Made by a program: the position numbers and the translations under genes
The notes under the pieces: generated by a model
What the model was told of the DNA's origin: nothing
Seen by the model: the letters and a program-made list of their open reading frames with translations, nothing else
Database searches by the model: none
In this document: positions 29,545 to 39,118 of the stretch, one piece after another
Numbering within the stretch: position 1 is the first letter of the stretch
Layout of the letters: every line of letters begins with the position of its first letter
Assembly (NCBI GenBank): GCA_037308085.1
Contig: CP147779.1
Span: 2,254,895-2,318,894, forward strand
Length of the DNA: 64,000 bases
From: Promethearchaeati archaeon SRVP18_Atabeyarchaeia-1
GTDB lineage: Archaea > Asgardarchaeota > Atabeyarchaeia > Atabeyarchaeales > Atabeyarchaeaceae
Reading direction: 5' to 3'

Positions 29545-30489
29545 ATGACCTCCGACCGAAAGCAGTCAAAGACGCCGTCCACTCTTATCGACGTTGAGAA
29601 TTTGAGCAAGGCCTATGGTAAGCTCCTCGCCGTGAAGGGCATAAGCTTCAAGGTTTACCGCGGGGAATGCTTCGGTCTTCTTGGCCCGAACGGCGCAGGC
29701 AAGACCACGACGATCAAGATGCTACAGTGTGTTCTTCCAAGAACCTCCGGGAAAATCATAATCGATGGAATGAATGTCGATGAAGATCATCGAGCCATCA
29801 AAGCTGCTATGGGCGTAGCTCCCCAGGAGAATAACTTGGATCCTGATTTTACGACGCTGAAGAACCTAACTGTTTATGCTCGCTACTTCAATATTGCCAA
29901 AGAGGAAGCCGAGAAGAGAGCTAAACGCCTGCTCAGACTGATCGGTCTTGAGAAGAAAAGCAACGTGATCATCGACTCGCTTTCTGGCGGCATGAAAAGA
30001 AGGCTGATACTTGCGAGGGCATTAATGAATGAGCCTGAGATTTTGATCCTCGATGAACCCACTACTGGGCTTGACCCTCAGACTAAGCGCCTCATATGGG
30101 AGCGAGTGGACCTACTCAGAGACAGCGGAGTTACAATAATACTGGCGACGCAGAACATGGAGGAAGCTACCGAACTGTGTGACAGAATCATAATCATGAA
30201 TGAAGGAAGAATCATCGCGGAAGGAAAGCCTCGGAACCTAGTTCATGAGAAGCTGAGCAAATGGGTGTTAAGAGTCGAGCCGGCAGAAGAAGCCGAGAAA
30301 TACATCCGCAGGAATATGAGGAGTACCGAGTATCAGACTGAGGGGGACAGATTATTCATCTTCACCAATAACCCCGAAGCTCTACAGGCTGAACTCATGA
30401 GCAAGCTGAAACTGAAAGAGACTGTCATAAGGGAATCCTCGTTGGAGGATCTATTCTTGAAGCTAACAGGAAGAGGAATACAGGAATAG
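29545..30489 (+). CDS. ABC-2 type transporter ATP-binding protein
   Basis: ATG at 29545 ('MTSDRK'). 'GPNGAGKTT', 'LSGGMKRRLILARAL', 'ILDEPTTGLD'. The track ORF starts earlier at 29488. Confidence 0.85.
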   Translation: MTSDRKQSKTPSTLIDVENLSKAYGKLLAVKGISFKVYRGECFGLLGPNGAGKTTTIKMLQCVLPRTSGKIIIDGMNVDEDHRAIKAAMGVAPQENNLDPDFTTLKNLTVYARYFNIAKEEAEKRAKRLLRLIGLEKKSNVIIDSLSGGMKRRLILARALMNEPEILILDEPTTGLDPQTKRLIWERVDLLRDSGVTIILATQNMEEATELCDRIIIMNEGRIIAEGKPRNLVHEKLSKWVLRVEPAEEAEKYIRRNMRSTEYQTEGDRLFIFTNNPEALQAELMSKLKLKETVIRESSLEDLFLKLTGRGIQE

Positions 30490-30511
30490 TCCTTGCCCCT
30501 AGAGATACTAG

Positions 30512-31381
30512 ATGGAGTGCCATGCTACCTTGAGTGGAAAGATACGAAGCCCTTGGTATACTAACGTAAGCGGCAGATTCTGGAAAGTTTGGAGAAGGGA
30601 CCTCGACGTATACCTGAAGACCTGGAAAGTCAATCTCGTCCCACCACTGATCGAGCCAGTCTTATACCTATTGGCAATGGGCTTTGGGCTTGGTGGTCTA
30701 GTCAGATCAGAGGGGGTAATCGACAGCTACCTACCGGGAGGACCCGTGAGCTACCTGACGTGGGTCGCGCCCGCCATTGTAGCCATCTCAGTCTTGAACT
30801 CTGCTTTCTTCGAGACCACGTATGGTAGCTTCGTGAGGATGACCTATCAGAAGACTTTCGATGCAATAGTCTCCACACCCCTCTCGCTCGAGGAAGTGAT
30901 CATTGGAGAAATGGCTTGGGGAGCGGTCAAAGGGTTGATCTACGGAGGGATCGTCCTAGGGGTCACGGGATTGATCGGACTGGCTGGACTTGGCGTTTTC
31001 ACTCAGAGCACTAACTTCGTTTTGCTTCTGCTTGTGCTGCCTTTTAGCCTGCTCTTTGGTCTCCTTTCATCGGCTCTTGGCATGTGCTGTACGGCGCTTG
31101 CGCCAACTATTGATTCGTTCAATTACGCTACCTTTTTGCTGATAACTCCGATGTTTCTTGTTACTGGAACGTTCTTCCCTATGAACGTCCTGCCGCCAGC
31201 TCTGCAGACCTTTGTTCTCTTGGTTCTTCCGCTGTCCCATGCCACCATAGTGACAAGGCAGCTAATGCTCAACAGTATAGATATCGGTCAGGTGCTTGTA
31301 AGCCTCTCTTGGATAGCTGTTGCCACGGTTGTTCTGGTCCTGCTCGCCATAATCGCGATGAATAGAAAACTCATAAAATAA
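30512..31381 (+). CDS. ABC-2 type transporter permease
   Basis: 289 aa. 'RFWKVWRRDLDVYLKTW' N-terminal motif of the ABC-2/NodJ family and 6 TM helices. Directly downstream of the ATPase gene. Confidence 0.8.
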   Translation: MECHATLSGKIRSPWYTNVSGRFWKVWRRDLDVYLKTWKVNLVPPLIEPVLYLLAMGFGLGGLVRSEGVIDSYLPGGPVSYLTWVAPAIVAISVLNSAFFETTYGSFVRMTYQKTFDAIVSTPLSLEEVIIGEMAWGAVKGLIYGGIVLGVTGLIGLAGLGVFTQSTNFVLLLLVLPFSLLFGLLSSALGMCCTALAPTIDSFNYATFLLITPMFLVTGTFFPMNVLPPALQTFVLLVLPLSHATIVTRQLMLNSIDIGQVLVSLSWIAVATVVLVLLAIIAMNRKLIK

Positions 31382-31522
31382 GAGAACCCGACCAGCTGAA
31401 TAGGAAGCTTGTCTAAACACACACTTCTCGCGCACCCCAGAGGCTGAGAGAGCGTTGACCTACCTTAGAAAACTTGATATACTGATTCTCCGATATCGAT
31501 GAGTGTGGGGGGTTGGGGATAG

Positions 31523-31534
31523 TTTTATATATAG
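31523..31534 (+). promoter_or_regulatory. archaeal TATA-box candidate upstream of stomatin gene
   Basis: 'ttttatatatag' sits 52-63 bp upstream of the start at 31586. A second 'tttataat' lies at 31552-31559. Confidence 0.4.
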
Positions 31535-31585
31535 TGAAAACGTTTCTACTGTTTATAATTAGGTGTGTTTGGAGAGGAGTAGGCG

Positions 31586-32416
31586 ATGGCTGACTTTCTA
31601 TTCGGCTTAGACATCACGTTCTGGCTACTGATTTTCTTCATCACGGTAATACTTGTGGGATTTCTGGCGGCTTCCATAAGGCTCGTAAAAGAATACGAGA
31701 GAGCGGTAATCTTCCGCCTGGGTAGGCTTGTTGGGGCTAAAGGGCCTGGTCTCTTCTTCAGGCTACCTTGGTTGGACAAGTTCATCGTAGTTGATCTTAG
31801 AGTCATAACTTCCAATGTGCCGAAGCAGAGAGTAATCACCCGGGACAACGTGACCGTAGATGTTGACGCAGTAGTCTACTATCGCGTCCTAGATCCCAGT
31901 AAGGCCATTGTTAGAGTGATGGACTACGCCGATGCAACTAATCTCCTTGCCCAAACTACGCTCCGAGACACGCTCGGCCAAGTTGAGCTTGACGAGTTGC
32001 TTGCAAAGCGTGATGAGCTGAACAAGAAGATACAAGGCATAATAGATCAAGCTACTGAGACTTGGGGGATCAAAGTGACTGCTGTCTTGATAAGAGATGT
32101 TACAATACCACCTGAAATGCAGCGCGCCATAGCTAAGCAGGCAGAAGCGGAACGAGAAAAAAGAGCAAGAATCATAGTCGCTGAGGGAGAACTCCAGGCC
32201 TCGAAGACGCTCTATGAGGCCGCAAAGAAGTTCCAGGATAACCCGATTGCCATGAGAATACGGGAACTTCAGACTTTGACGGACATCGCAAGGGAGAAAA
32301 ACATGGTGATAGTGACGCCAGCCCAAATAGGCACAAACCTCGGAGAGGTAATTGGAGCAGCTACAGCAGTCAGCAGAAAGAGCAAGAGAACCGAAGAGGA
32401 AGAGCCGAAGCAGTAG
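31586..32416 (+). CDS. SPFH/band-7 (stomatin/prohibitin-like) membrane protein
   Basis: 276 aa. N-terminal TM followed by an SPFH domain ('RAVIFRLGRLVGAKGPGLFFRLPWLDK...', coiled-coil 'AKQAEAEREKRARIIVAEGE'). Confidence 0.85.
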   Translation: MADFLFGLDITFWLLIFFITVILVGFLAASIRLVKEYERAVIFRLGRLVGAKGPGLFFRLPWLDKFIVVDLRVITSNVPKQRVITRDNVTVDVDAVVYYRVLDPSKAIVRVMDYADATNLLAQTTLRDTLGQVELDELLAKRDELNKKIQGIIDQATETWGIKVTAVLIRDVTIPPEMQRAIAKQAEAEREKRARIIVAEGELQASKTLYEAAKKFQDNPIAMRIRELQTLTDIAREKNMVIVTPAQIGTNLGEVIGAATAVSRKSKRTEEEEPKQ

Positions 32417-32430
32417 TAGGCTCGCTTGTC

Positions 32431-32449
32431 CCTTTTTTCCTTTCTTCCT
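32431..32449 (+). terminator. pyrimidine/T-rich tract (ccttttttcctttcttcc) terminator candidate after stomatin gene
   Basis: T6-containing run 15 bp after the stop codon at 32416. Confidence 0.3.
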
Positions 32450-32573
32450 GATAATGAAAGCGCCCAGCACTGACTTGTTTTCCGCGTCACCGTCTTCCGG
32501 CTTTGGTCGCCACGCTGCATGACCAGACTGTGGGCAAAAAGATATTGTAGGAGATGCTGGATATAGGGGCCAC

Positions 32574-33044
32574 GTGATAAGACGGCAGGAAGCGACCTTG
32601 GTGGTGAATCTCAGAACCAAGACAGCTAAGGATCTGGGACTTGAAAGCTTCAAGCAGATTGGCATGGTAAGGAATACGGGCAAGGTTCCAGGCTACTTTG
32701 AGAAGACCCTGGGTCTTGGGCACTTTGGCTCGGCAGCTGTGACTGCGGAAACCGACGTGGGCAAGATAAGATTGAAGGTATCGCTCGCGCAACTTGGCGA
32801 AACCCAGTTCGAGCTGATTGAACCCCCAGAAGGAGAGACCGTGCACTCTGATTATCCCAAGCAAGGTCGAGAGGGACTGCACCACTTGGGTTTCCATGTT
32901 AGTGATATTAAAAAGAAGCTTTGAGAGTTGTAGGCAAAAGGATTAAGGGTTCCGGAAATAGGGACAAGCTTAGGAGTAAAATACGCCAACCTCGACACCA
33001 CAAGCATGTCTGGAGTAGTCTTTGAGTTGCTCAAGTCTGGCTAA
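32574..33044 (+). pseudogene. methylmalonyl-CoA epimerase / VOC-family paralog interrupted by in-frame TGA (32922) and TAG (32931)
   Basis: Translation through the stops reads '...GLHHLGFHVSDIKKKL*EL*AKGLRVPEIGTSLGVKYANLDTTSMSGVVFELLKSG*'. This aligns colinearly with the intact epimerase at 48388..48792 ('GIHHISLEVDDIDKML-AKLSKSGVELIDKKPRIGADGNKIAFVHPKSMHGVLLEL'). The first metal-ligand His is replaced ('QIGMV' vs 'HIGVAV'). Confidence 0.6.
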
Positions 33045-33089
33045 AACCGATCTTGGTACAGAATAGAGTATAAGAAGAGGTCTCCAGGA

Positions 33090-35774
33090 ATGGAAGATGG
33101 CGGTAATTTCGGGCATTGGTTCGAAGATGAGTTCGGTTTGCCCGCATACGAGTACACCTGCAATCATGAGGTGGATCCCAGGGCCACCTATTTCACAACT
33201 CGCGGGATGTCGAAAGATCACTGGCACCAACTTGGAAACGATCGCCTCAACCTCCTTGCGCACAACGACGGATCCGTGGAGGTTCTCGATAGCTCTCGAG
33301 GTCTTCAATGGTTGTGTCGCCGAGACCCTAGGCGCCACGTGCCCGGCGGGGGAATAGTAATAGTCCAAGAGGAGGGGGGAGGCGCCCCTGCGTGGTGCGA
33401 TCTCTTCTCCCAAAAGAATTTTGCTAATCAGTATCGGCGCGTCTTTGGCGCTGGGTACTATCGTAAGACGACCAAGAGGAATGGGTTGACGCTCGATCAT
33501 GCGGTGTTTCCACCATTCTCGGACGACCCTGTCGTCGTATCTGAACTGAGCATCACGAATGATTCCGATTCGACAAAGAACGTGATGTTGTATGACTATT
33601 GGGGCGCCAACGTCCGGAGTATCAGTTCTGCGCTCATCTACTTTGACGAGAAACGAAGGTACTTCAGCAAGAGCCCCTTCCTCAACGTGTTGGGAAAGTC
33701 GCTGAAGCTTGCCAGCTATGCGTTCCATATGGCGCCAGAACAGGCGAGAGATTCATTCTCCCTTAAGTTCAGGTATGAGGCAAAGTACTCTTCGCATCTT
33801 ATGGCGGGCATTCTGAAACCAGTATTCAGGGGGAGGGGGAAACCCTCAAGGAACCAGCCATCTTCCCGTGACTATTACCCGAAAACGATCTTCCTAGCAG
33901 CTTTGGACAACACGCCGACGAGAATTATCGTGTCTACTAGGGAACTTATCAACCGTACAGGGCAACTCGATCCGCACGAGGAGCCCTTCCTAAGCAAGCT
34001 CACGCTCAGGGATTCTCCATGCATATGTTTAGGGGTCAGCGTAAGACTGAACCCCAAGGAGCAGAAAAGAATGACCTTTGTATTCGGTTACAGCGACGAG
34101 CAGGGGATCCAAGATCTCTTAGACAAGTATAGATCAAAGCATTCGTCAACTAATGAAACATTACCCCTACTGAAGGAGAGTAGCCAAAAATGGGCGTGCA
34201 GTCTCCTCGAATTCGACTGCAAAGATAATCCGTACAGCTGGGTCGGCAGGGAAGCTAAGTGGCACTCCTACTACCTGAGAAGCGCAACTCTCTTCGATGA
34301 GTACTTCGAGAACCATCTACTTCCACAAGGGGGAGCCTACAACTATCTTCAGGGCCTACAGGGAGTCTCCCGAGACTTCATGCTCTTCACGATCCCAACG
34401 ACGTATATTGAACCAGCGCTTGCCCGAGAGATGCTGGAATACACAATGCGGCTGATGACCCCAGACGGCAGGCTGCCTTACTGCACATACGGCTTTGGGA
34501 TGCAGGGAGGAGCGCTCGTTCACAAGAATCCCTCAGACTTGTCGCTCGCTCTCCTATGGGGTCTCTCCGAGTACCTATTTGCGACGAGGGACTTCGAGTT
34601 TCTGAAGAAGATCATCCCCTTCTATCCCAAACACAAAGGAGCTTCTTCCACCGTGTACGAGCGTATCAAGCTGGCAGTAGACTATCTACTGGACAAGGTT
34701 AGACTTGGCGAGCATGGCCTAGTAAAGGTAGGAGACGGGGACTGGAATGATGGGATCTCAACCATGGTCAAGAGCAGGGGAAGATTCATCAAGAATGGGG
34801 AATCAATGTACAATACGGCGCTAGCTTTGTATGTCTTGCCTAGAATCTCCCTGCTCCTAGAGAGACAGGGGGACGTGGACTATGCCAACAAGATCGAGAC
34901 CACCTGCAGGAGCCTGCTTGAGTCTTGCCTGGCATCTTGGAACAAGAAATGGTTCTATAGAGGCTGGGATGGGTCAGGTAACCCTATTGGAGAAAGGAAC
35001 TTATACCTCGAACCTTTGACGTGGCTCCTCATTTCCGGGACACTACCTAGAAGCTACGCTGATCAGCTTGTGAAGAGCATACACAGCATTCTTGACCTGC
35101 CATCCCCTTTCGGCCAATACCTGGTTTATCCGCCGGTTCCTACGTTGATGAATTACCTGGAGAGAGGTTGGGATGTCAATGGTGGCACATGGTTCGCGAT
35201 GAACTTCCTGCTAGCGTGGGGCTACAGCAAGAGCGATCCTGAAAAAGCTTGGAACGCCTTCACGAAGAATTCGATGAAACATCACGCAGAACTTTACCCC
35301 GACGTGTGGTACGGAATCTGGAGCGGGCCAGATGCGTTCAACGCTTCGTACTCTTCTAGACCAGGGGAGACGTATTTCCACCTCGCGACGCCGACAACCG
35401 ACTTTCCCGTAATGAACCTCAATCTGCACGCAAACTTTCTTGGAGCATTGATAAAGATGATCGGAATAGAACCCACTATCGACGGACTCACGCTGGCGCC
35501 CTCGGTTCCCTTGAAGGATTTCGAGTTACGGACACCGGTCCTAGAAATAAAGGTGAACGACTATGCAATTGAGGGGTCCTATCAAAGGCACACGGCTGGA
35601 GACTTTGCGTTGCGATTGAAGCTGCCGAGAAGCTGGAAGAAGAGAGAAGTAGAGTGCGAAATAGATGGCGAAAGAACTGCTTTCAATCTCCTTGAGGAAC
35701 TTGGCATTGCCGAAGTTAGCGTCAACTCACTGGCGGAGCGTTTCAAGTTCAAGTTCACATGTCGACCCAGATAA
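33090..35774 (+). CDS. GH94-like (cellobiose/chitobiose-phosphorylase-like, glycosyltransferase family 36 superfamily) glycoside phosphorylase/hydrolase
   Basis: 894 aa. N-terminal 'GNFGHWFEDEFGLPAYEYTC' resembles the GH94 N-terminus. A central (alpha/alpha)6-type region carries 'GDGDWNDG', the catalytic-Asp motif of GH94/GH65-like enzymes. Confidence 0.6.
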   Translation: MEDGGNFGHWFEDEFGLPAYEYTCNHEVDPRATYFTTRGMSKDHWHQLGNDRLNLLAHNDGSVEVLDSSRGLQWLCRRDPRRHVPGGGIVIVQEEGGGAPAWCDLFSQKNFANQYRRVFGAGYYRKTTKRNGLTLDHAVFPPFSDDPVVVSELSITNDSDSTKNVMLYDYWGANVRSISSALIYFDEKRRYFSKSPFLNVLGKSLKLASYAFHMAPEQARDSFSLKFRYEAKYSSHLMAGILKPVFRGRGKPSRNQPSSRDYYPKTIFLAALDNTPTRIIVSTRELINRTGQLDPHEEPFLSKLTLRDSPCICLGVSVRLNPKEQKRMTFVFGYSDEQGIQDLLDKYRSKHSSTNETLPLLKESSQKWACSLLEFDCKDNPYSWVGREAKWHSYYLRSATLFDEYFENHLLPQGGAYNYLQGLQGVSRDFMLFTIPTTYIEPALAREMLEYTMRLMTPDGRLPYCTYGFGMQGGALVHKNPSDLSLALLWGLSEYLFATRDFEFLKKIIPFYPKHKGASSTVYERIKLAVDYLLDKVRLGEHGLVKVGDGDWNDGISTMVKSRGRFIKNGESMYNTALALYVLPRISLLLERQGDVDYANKIETTCRSLLESCLASWNKKWFYRGWDGSGNPIGERNLYLEPLTWLLISGTLPRSYADQLVKSIHSILDLPSPFGQYLVYPPVPTLMNYLERGWDVNGGTWFAMNFLLAWGYSKSDPEKAWNAFTKNSMKHHAELYPDVWYGIWSGPDAFNASYSSRPGETYFHLATPTTDFPVMNLNLHANFLGALIKMIGIEPTIDGLTLAPSVPLKDFELRTPVLEIKVNDYAIEGSYQRHTAGDFALRLKLPRSWKKREVECEIDGERTAFNLLEELGIAEVSVNSLAERFKFKFTCRPR

Positions 35775-35807
35775 GCTGAAAAAGAGGTAGACGTGACGAC
35801 AAGTGGT

Positions 35808-36302
35808 TCAGGATTGTATCCCAAGCTTCTTTGCCAAATCCTCAGGATCCAGCTTCCAGATTTCGATGATCTTGTCGTTCGTAAGTATCTTCTGAAGCAA
35901 TTGTCCAATGTTGCCAAACTTGATGGCATCCGAAAGTTGACCGTCAATCCTCAGCTTGCCGGACATGAACATTGTTGTTCCGTCTATTGCGCCCGTTAGC
36001 ATAGCCATCATGCCTTCAGGGCTGCTTGTCTCCAAAGTCACATCAGGATTCTGGGCATCTCCAAGGCAAGCACTCATCCTTCCGCCAGATATCTTCAAGT
36101 AGCAGTTCTTTGCACCGTGTGCCTTGAACTGAAAAACGCGATCCCAGCCGGACAGTTCGTTCTTGACTTCATCGGATCCGTTCGCTGCGACGGACACTAG
36201 TCCGAGAAGATCATACTCGTTCTTGCCTATCTTCTTCATGAAATCGACTGGTCCAATCTCCTCGGCTTTCTCACTTATTCTTTCAATGACAGACTCGGAC
36301 AA
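35808..36302 (-). CDS. SCP2 sterol-carrier-protein-like domain protein
   Basis: 164 aa. 'AIDGTTMFMSGKLRIDGQLSDAIKF' is typical of the SCP-2 fold. Confidence 0.6.
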   Translation of the reverse strand: MSESVIERISEKAEEIGPVDFMKKIGKNEYDLLGLVSVAANGSDEVKNELSGWDRVFQFKAHGAKNCYLKISGGRMSACLGDAQNPDVTLETSSPEGMMAMLTGAIDGTTMFMSGKLRIDGQLSDAIKFGNIGQLLQKILTNDKIIEIWKLDPEDLAKKLGIQS

Positions 36303-36650
36303 ATCGATGCAACTCCCGGTCTGCGTCGCTCCCGGCTTTTTCTTGGATCTATATTCCTTATTCCTTCACTACGTCTGCGAGCTACTTCCCTGACGACTCC
36401 GAATGACTCTGAAAAGCCCTCACTTATATAGGTAGTTGCGGACCGCCGTTTTAAGCTGTTCTTGTATTCGTAGGCATACATGGGCACGGGCATATGGTTA
36501 GCTAATATGACTGTCTATTCGAGGGTAATCGTGTAATACTGTTGGGACGTTTGGGCCATGATGCGGTGAAGACCAAAATCTACTATGCGTATAGCAGGCA
36601 CGCTGACGCACCCCTGCCTACATACTCCTACGCAGATTGAAACCCACGCC

Positions 36651-37439
36651 TCAAATACTATGTTTTTGAGGCACAATCTGCAGGCCCTGTTCACTGGTTA
36701 TCACGTACTCAAGCTCCCTTTCCGGCGTTCGAGTGAATGCCATCTTCTCAATTCGCATCAACCTTTTGAGCACCCCTCTCGCCAAGTTGGTTTCAAGCTT
36801 GATTATGCCGTCCGCTGCAGCGTTGCACGCGCATAGGACGTTCGCTTCGATAGAACCTGTGTGGGCTACTGCAAGCATCAGATTTCCGTGTCTTCTGGCA
36901 GAGTTTGCAATCATTTGAGCGAGAACGTAGATTGACTTCAGCTCAATGTACGGCGCCATGGAGGAAAATGAGTCGACTACTGAAACTGCTGGAAGTTTGG
37001 TAGAGGCATTCTGCCTGTATGCTTCGATTGTCTTCCTGTTATACTCCTCAAGGAACTTCTTGAGTAGAGCCCTTCTTTCCATGACTCCAGTCTGACCTGG
37101 ACCCGCGGAAGCCAAAGAATTGAGGAACGGATGTCCCTCCTGAATGATGAAGTGTTTCGTTTCCATGTAGGGCTTCGCATCGTATCCAAAGCCCTTGAAG
37201 TGTTCAATTATCCTCTCGGCAGTCTCGTCAAAGCACACGTAGGTTGCAAGGCCGCCTGATACAAGTCTGGACCACACGAATTGAGTGCAGAATGTCGTAG
37301 TGCCTGTTCCTATATCCCCTTGGACGCAGCAGAAAGTTCCTCTGGGGAGTCCTCCACCCAGAATCCTGTCCAATTCGACGATGCCAGAGCGAATCCTCTC
37401 GCCTTCGTCTCCAATTTTGCTCAAGGTTGACACCTTCAT
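36651..37439 (-). CDS. KaiC-like RecA-superfamily ATPase paralog with degenerate Walker A
   Basis: 262 aa. 'GIVELDRILGGGLPRGT' KaiC/RadA N-terminal motif. The P-loop 'GDIGTGTTTF' has Thr where the Lys should be. Confidence 0.7.
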   Translation of the reverse strand: MKVSTLSKIGDEGERIRSGIVELDRILGGGLPRGTFCCVQGDIGTGTTTFCTQFVWSRLVSGGLATYVCFDETAERIIEHFKGFGYDAKPYMETKHFIIQEGHPFLNSLASAGPGQTGVMERRALLKKFLEEYNRKTIEAYRQNASTKLPAVSVVDSFSSMAPYIELKSIYVLAQMIANSARRHGNLMLAVAHTGSIEANVLCACNAAADGIIKLETNLARGVLKRLMRIEKMAFTRTPERELEYVITSEQGLQIVPQKHSI

Positions 37440-37574
37440 TTAGTTGCTCCATAAGTGAATGCTACGTCACTTCCAATTAAGAACCGTGACATTTCATTGG
37501 TGATGGGTAGCGCCTGTTGCTCATCCTTTTTGATGAATGCAAGTATTTCTATCAATTAGTGAGAAGGCCGTCCT

Positions 37575-38321
37575 CTATAGGATTTCGATGCCTTCGTCAG
37601 TGATTTCATATTGAAGGATGGGTTCCCTGATCTCTGTGAAACGCATCTTCTCGATTATCATCTCTCTTTGCAGACTGCCTCTAACCCAGTGCATTCTCAT
37701 TCTGATTATTCCGTCAACGTATTGCCTCAAGACCTGTACAAGGTTTCCTTCCAAAGCGCCCTCATGAGCGGTGAAGATCAGGACAAGATTGTTTTCCCTA
37801 GCGGAGTTCTGCGCCGCAAGAATCATTCTGTGGACATCACGAATTCCAATGAAAGGCGAGAGGGATGTTATCGAATCAAGCACAAGGTTGATACCTCTCA
37901 CATCATGCGCCACTTGATCTGAAATACTGAATCTTGTCTCATCGAATATCTTGTCCAGAGGCGGTGCGTCAAATGTTCCTACATCGCTGAAGTCCCGTAT
38001 CCCCAAGGCCTCGACCATATAGGCGTAAACATCAAGGAAAAGCAGCTTCTTCTCATCAATCAGGGACCTAATGTCCAGATACTTGAGCGGTTCAAAATGC
38101 CTCATGAAGTGGTCCGGAGGTACGTCTCCCAGGGCAACTACAGTCCTCTTTCCTCGTTGAAGAGACGACACTATAAACTTCTTGCAGAAACTTGTGGTTC
38201 CGACGCCTGGAGGTCCGATGACGGCCGTGATTGATGGTCTAGGCAATCCGCCACCTATCACTTCATCTAGTTTCGGTATTCCTGTGCTCTCCCTCTGCAA
38301 CATGAGATCATACTCCCCCAT
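37575..38321 (-). CDS. KaiC-like RecA-superfamily ATPase paralog with degenerate Walker A
   Basis: 248 aa. 'GIPKLDEVIGGGLPRPS'. The P-loop 'GPPGVGTTSF' lacks the Lys. Confidence 0.7.
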   Translation of the reverse strand: MGEYDLMLQRESTGIPKLDEVIGGGLPRPSITAVIGPPGVGTTSFCKKFIVSSLQRGKRTVVALGDVPPDHFMRHFEPLKYLDIRSLIDEKKLLFLDVYAYMVEALGIRDFSDVGTFDAPPLDKIFDETRFSISDQVAHDVRGINLVLDSITSLSPFIGIRDVHRMILAAQNSARENNLVLIFTAHEGALEGNLVQVLRQYVDGIIRMRMHWVRGSLQREMIIEKMRFTEIREPILQYEITDEGIEIL

Positions 38322-38481
38322 CGGACTTATCAGAATGGCAAGGCAACACTCTTAGCCGAAGAAAGTAGCGTGCCCTACCCGCCACCTACTCGAGTCTAAA
38401 GGGCAACATCAAGTTGTGAATGGAAAGCAATAGGTGCACGACATTAAATACTTTTGTTCAATATCGGGCGAGTTTCGATAA

Positions 38482-39090
38482 TTGGTGGCCGCTGCCGTAT
38501 TGTGCGCCCCCCGCCATCAACTTGGTGGCGTCGGACTTCCATGTCTTCATACCCGAATTGTGGAAGTGGAGTGCAACAACGAAAGGTTATATTTCGGGTT
38601 AACGCCATATATCGATCAAGAGACTCGAATATCGAAGGCAGGGATCTTGATTTTGACAAGCGAGGTTATCGCAACGACGGATTTCCTGAAAGAATTCGAA
38701 GCGCGTTATCCTGATTTACGATTTGACGCAAGCTCCTTGAAGCCGTGGTTCGCGAAAGACAAGAAGCTCTTCCTCGACTGTGGAAAGTCGGAGAGCAAGA
38801 ATGCATGCCTGAAAAAAGTGCTCGCGAGACAGGACCTGGAAGAGTTCTCTGTGCTTTTCATCGTCAAGCAAGAGGATGAGAAGACTGGGAAACCCTTCTA
38901 CAGCATAAATGAATCGAGATTCGTTCGACTTGGCCATGAGAAGCCAGAGGACTTTATCAATAGGTACAACAAGAACCTGAGGGAACCCATGACGCTGAGC
39001 ATGCAACTATTCAACCTCAAGCCAGTGGAACTAGTTGGGTTTAGTTATGTATCTCCGGAGCAAAGAGCCGAGCTACTCAGGAGTATCTGA
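38482..39090 (+). CDS. hypothetical protein (start uncertain)
   Basis: 202-aa ORF divergent from the KaiC-like genes. Its N-terminal region overlaps two other small ORFs, and no internal ATG occurs until near the C-terminus. No recognisable family. Confidence 0.3.
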   Translation: MVAAAVLCAPRHQLGGVGLPCLHTRIVEVECNNERLYFGLTPYIDQETRISKAGILILTSEVIATTDFLKEFEARYPDLRFDASSLKPWFAKDKKLFLDCGKSESKNACLKKVLARQDLEEFSVLFIVKQEDEKTGKPFYSINESRFVRLGHEKPEDFINRYNKNLREPMTLSMQLFNLKPVELVGFSYVSPEQRAELLRSI

Positions 39091-39118
39091 ATAATAGAGC
39101 CTCATTAATTCCGCACAT

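Noticed and set aside
31889-32897. Minus-strand ORFs of 264 and 136 aa
   Set aside because: Antisense to the stomatin gene and to the VOC pseudogene, Cys/Leu/Ser-rich, with no domain signal.
32922-32933. Programmed recoding (Sec/Pyl) of the TGA and TAG in the VOC-like gene
   Set aside because: Two different stop codons two codons apart, no obvious SECIS-like hairpin noticed downstream, and loss of a metal-ligand His all favour a pseudogene. Left as a low-probability alternative in the finding.
32970-33728. 252-aa minus-strand ORF
   Set aside because: Overlaps the N-terminus of the 894-aa GH94-like gene, whose N-terminal sequence matches the family consensus. The antisense ORF has no recognisable features.
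38420-38714. Three mutually overlapping small ORFs (60, 86, 71 aa) in the KaiC-like divergent region
   Set aside because: They cannot all be coding, none has a domain signal, and the region is probably a promoter/5' leader for the flanking genes. Only the long 202-aa frame was retained, with low confidence.
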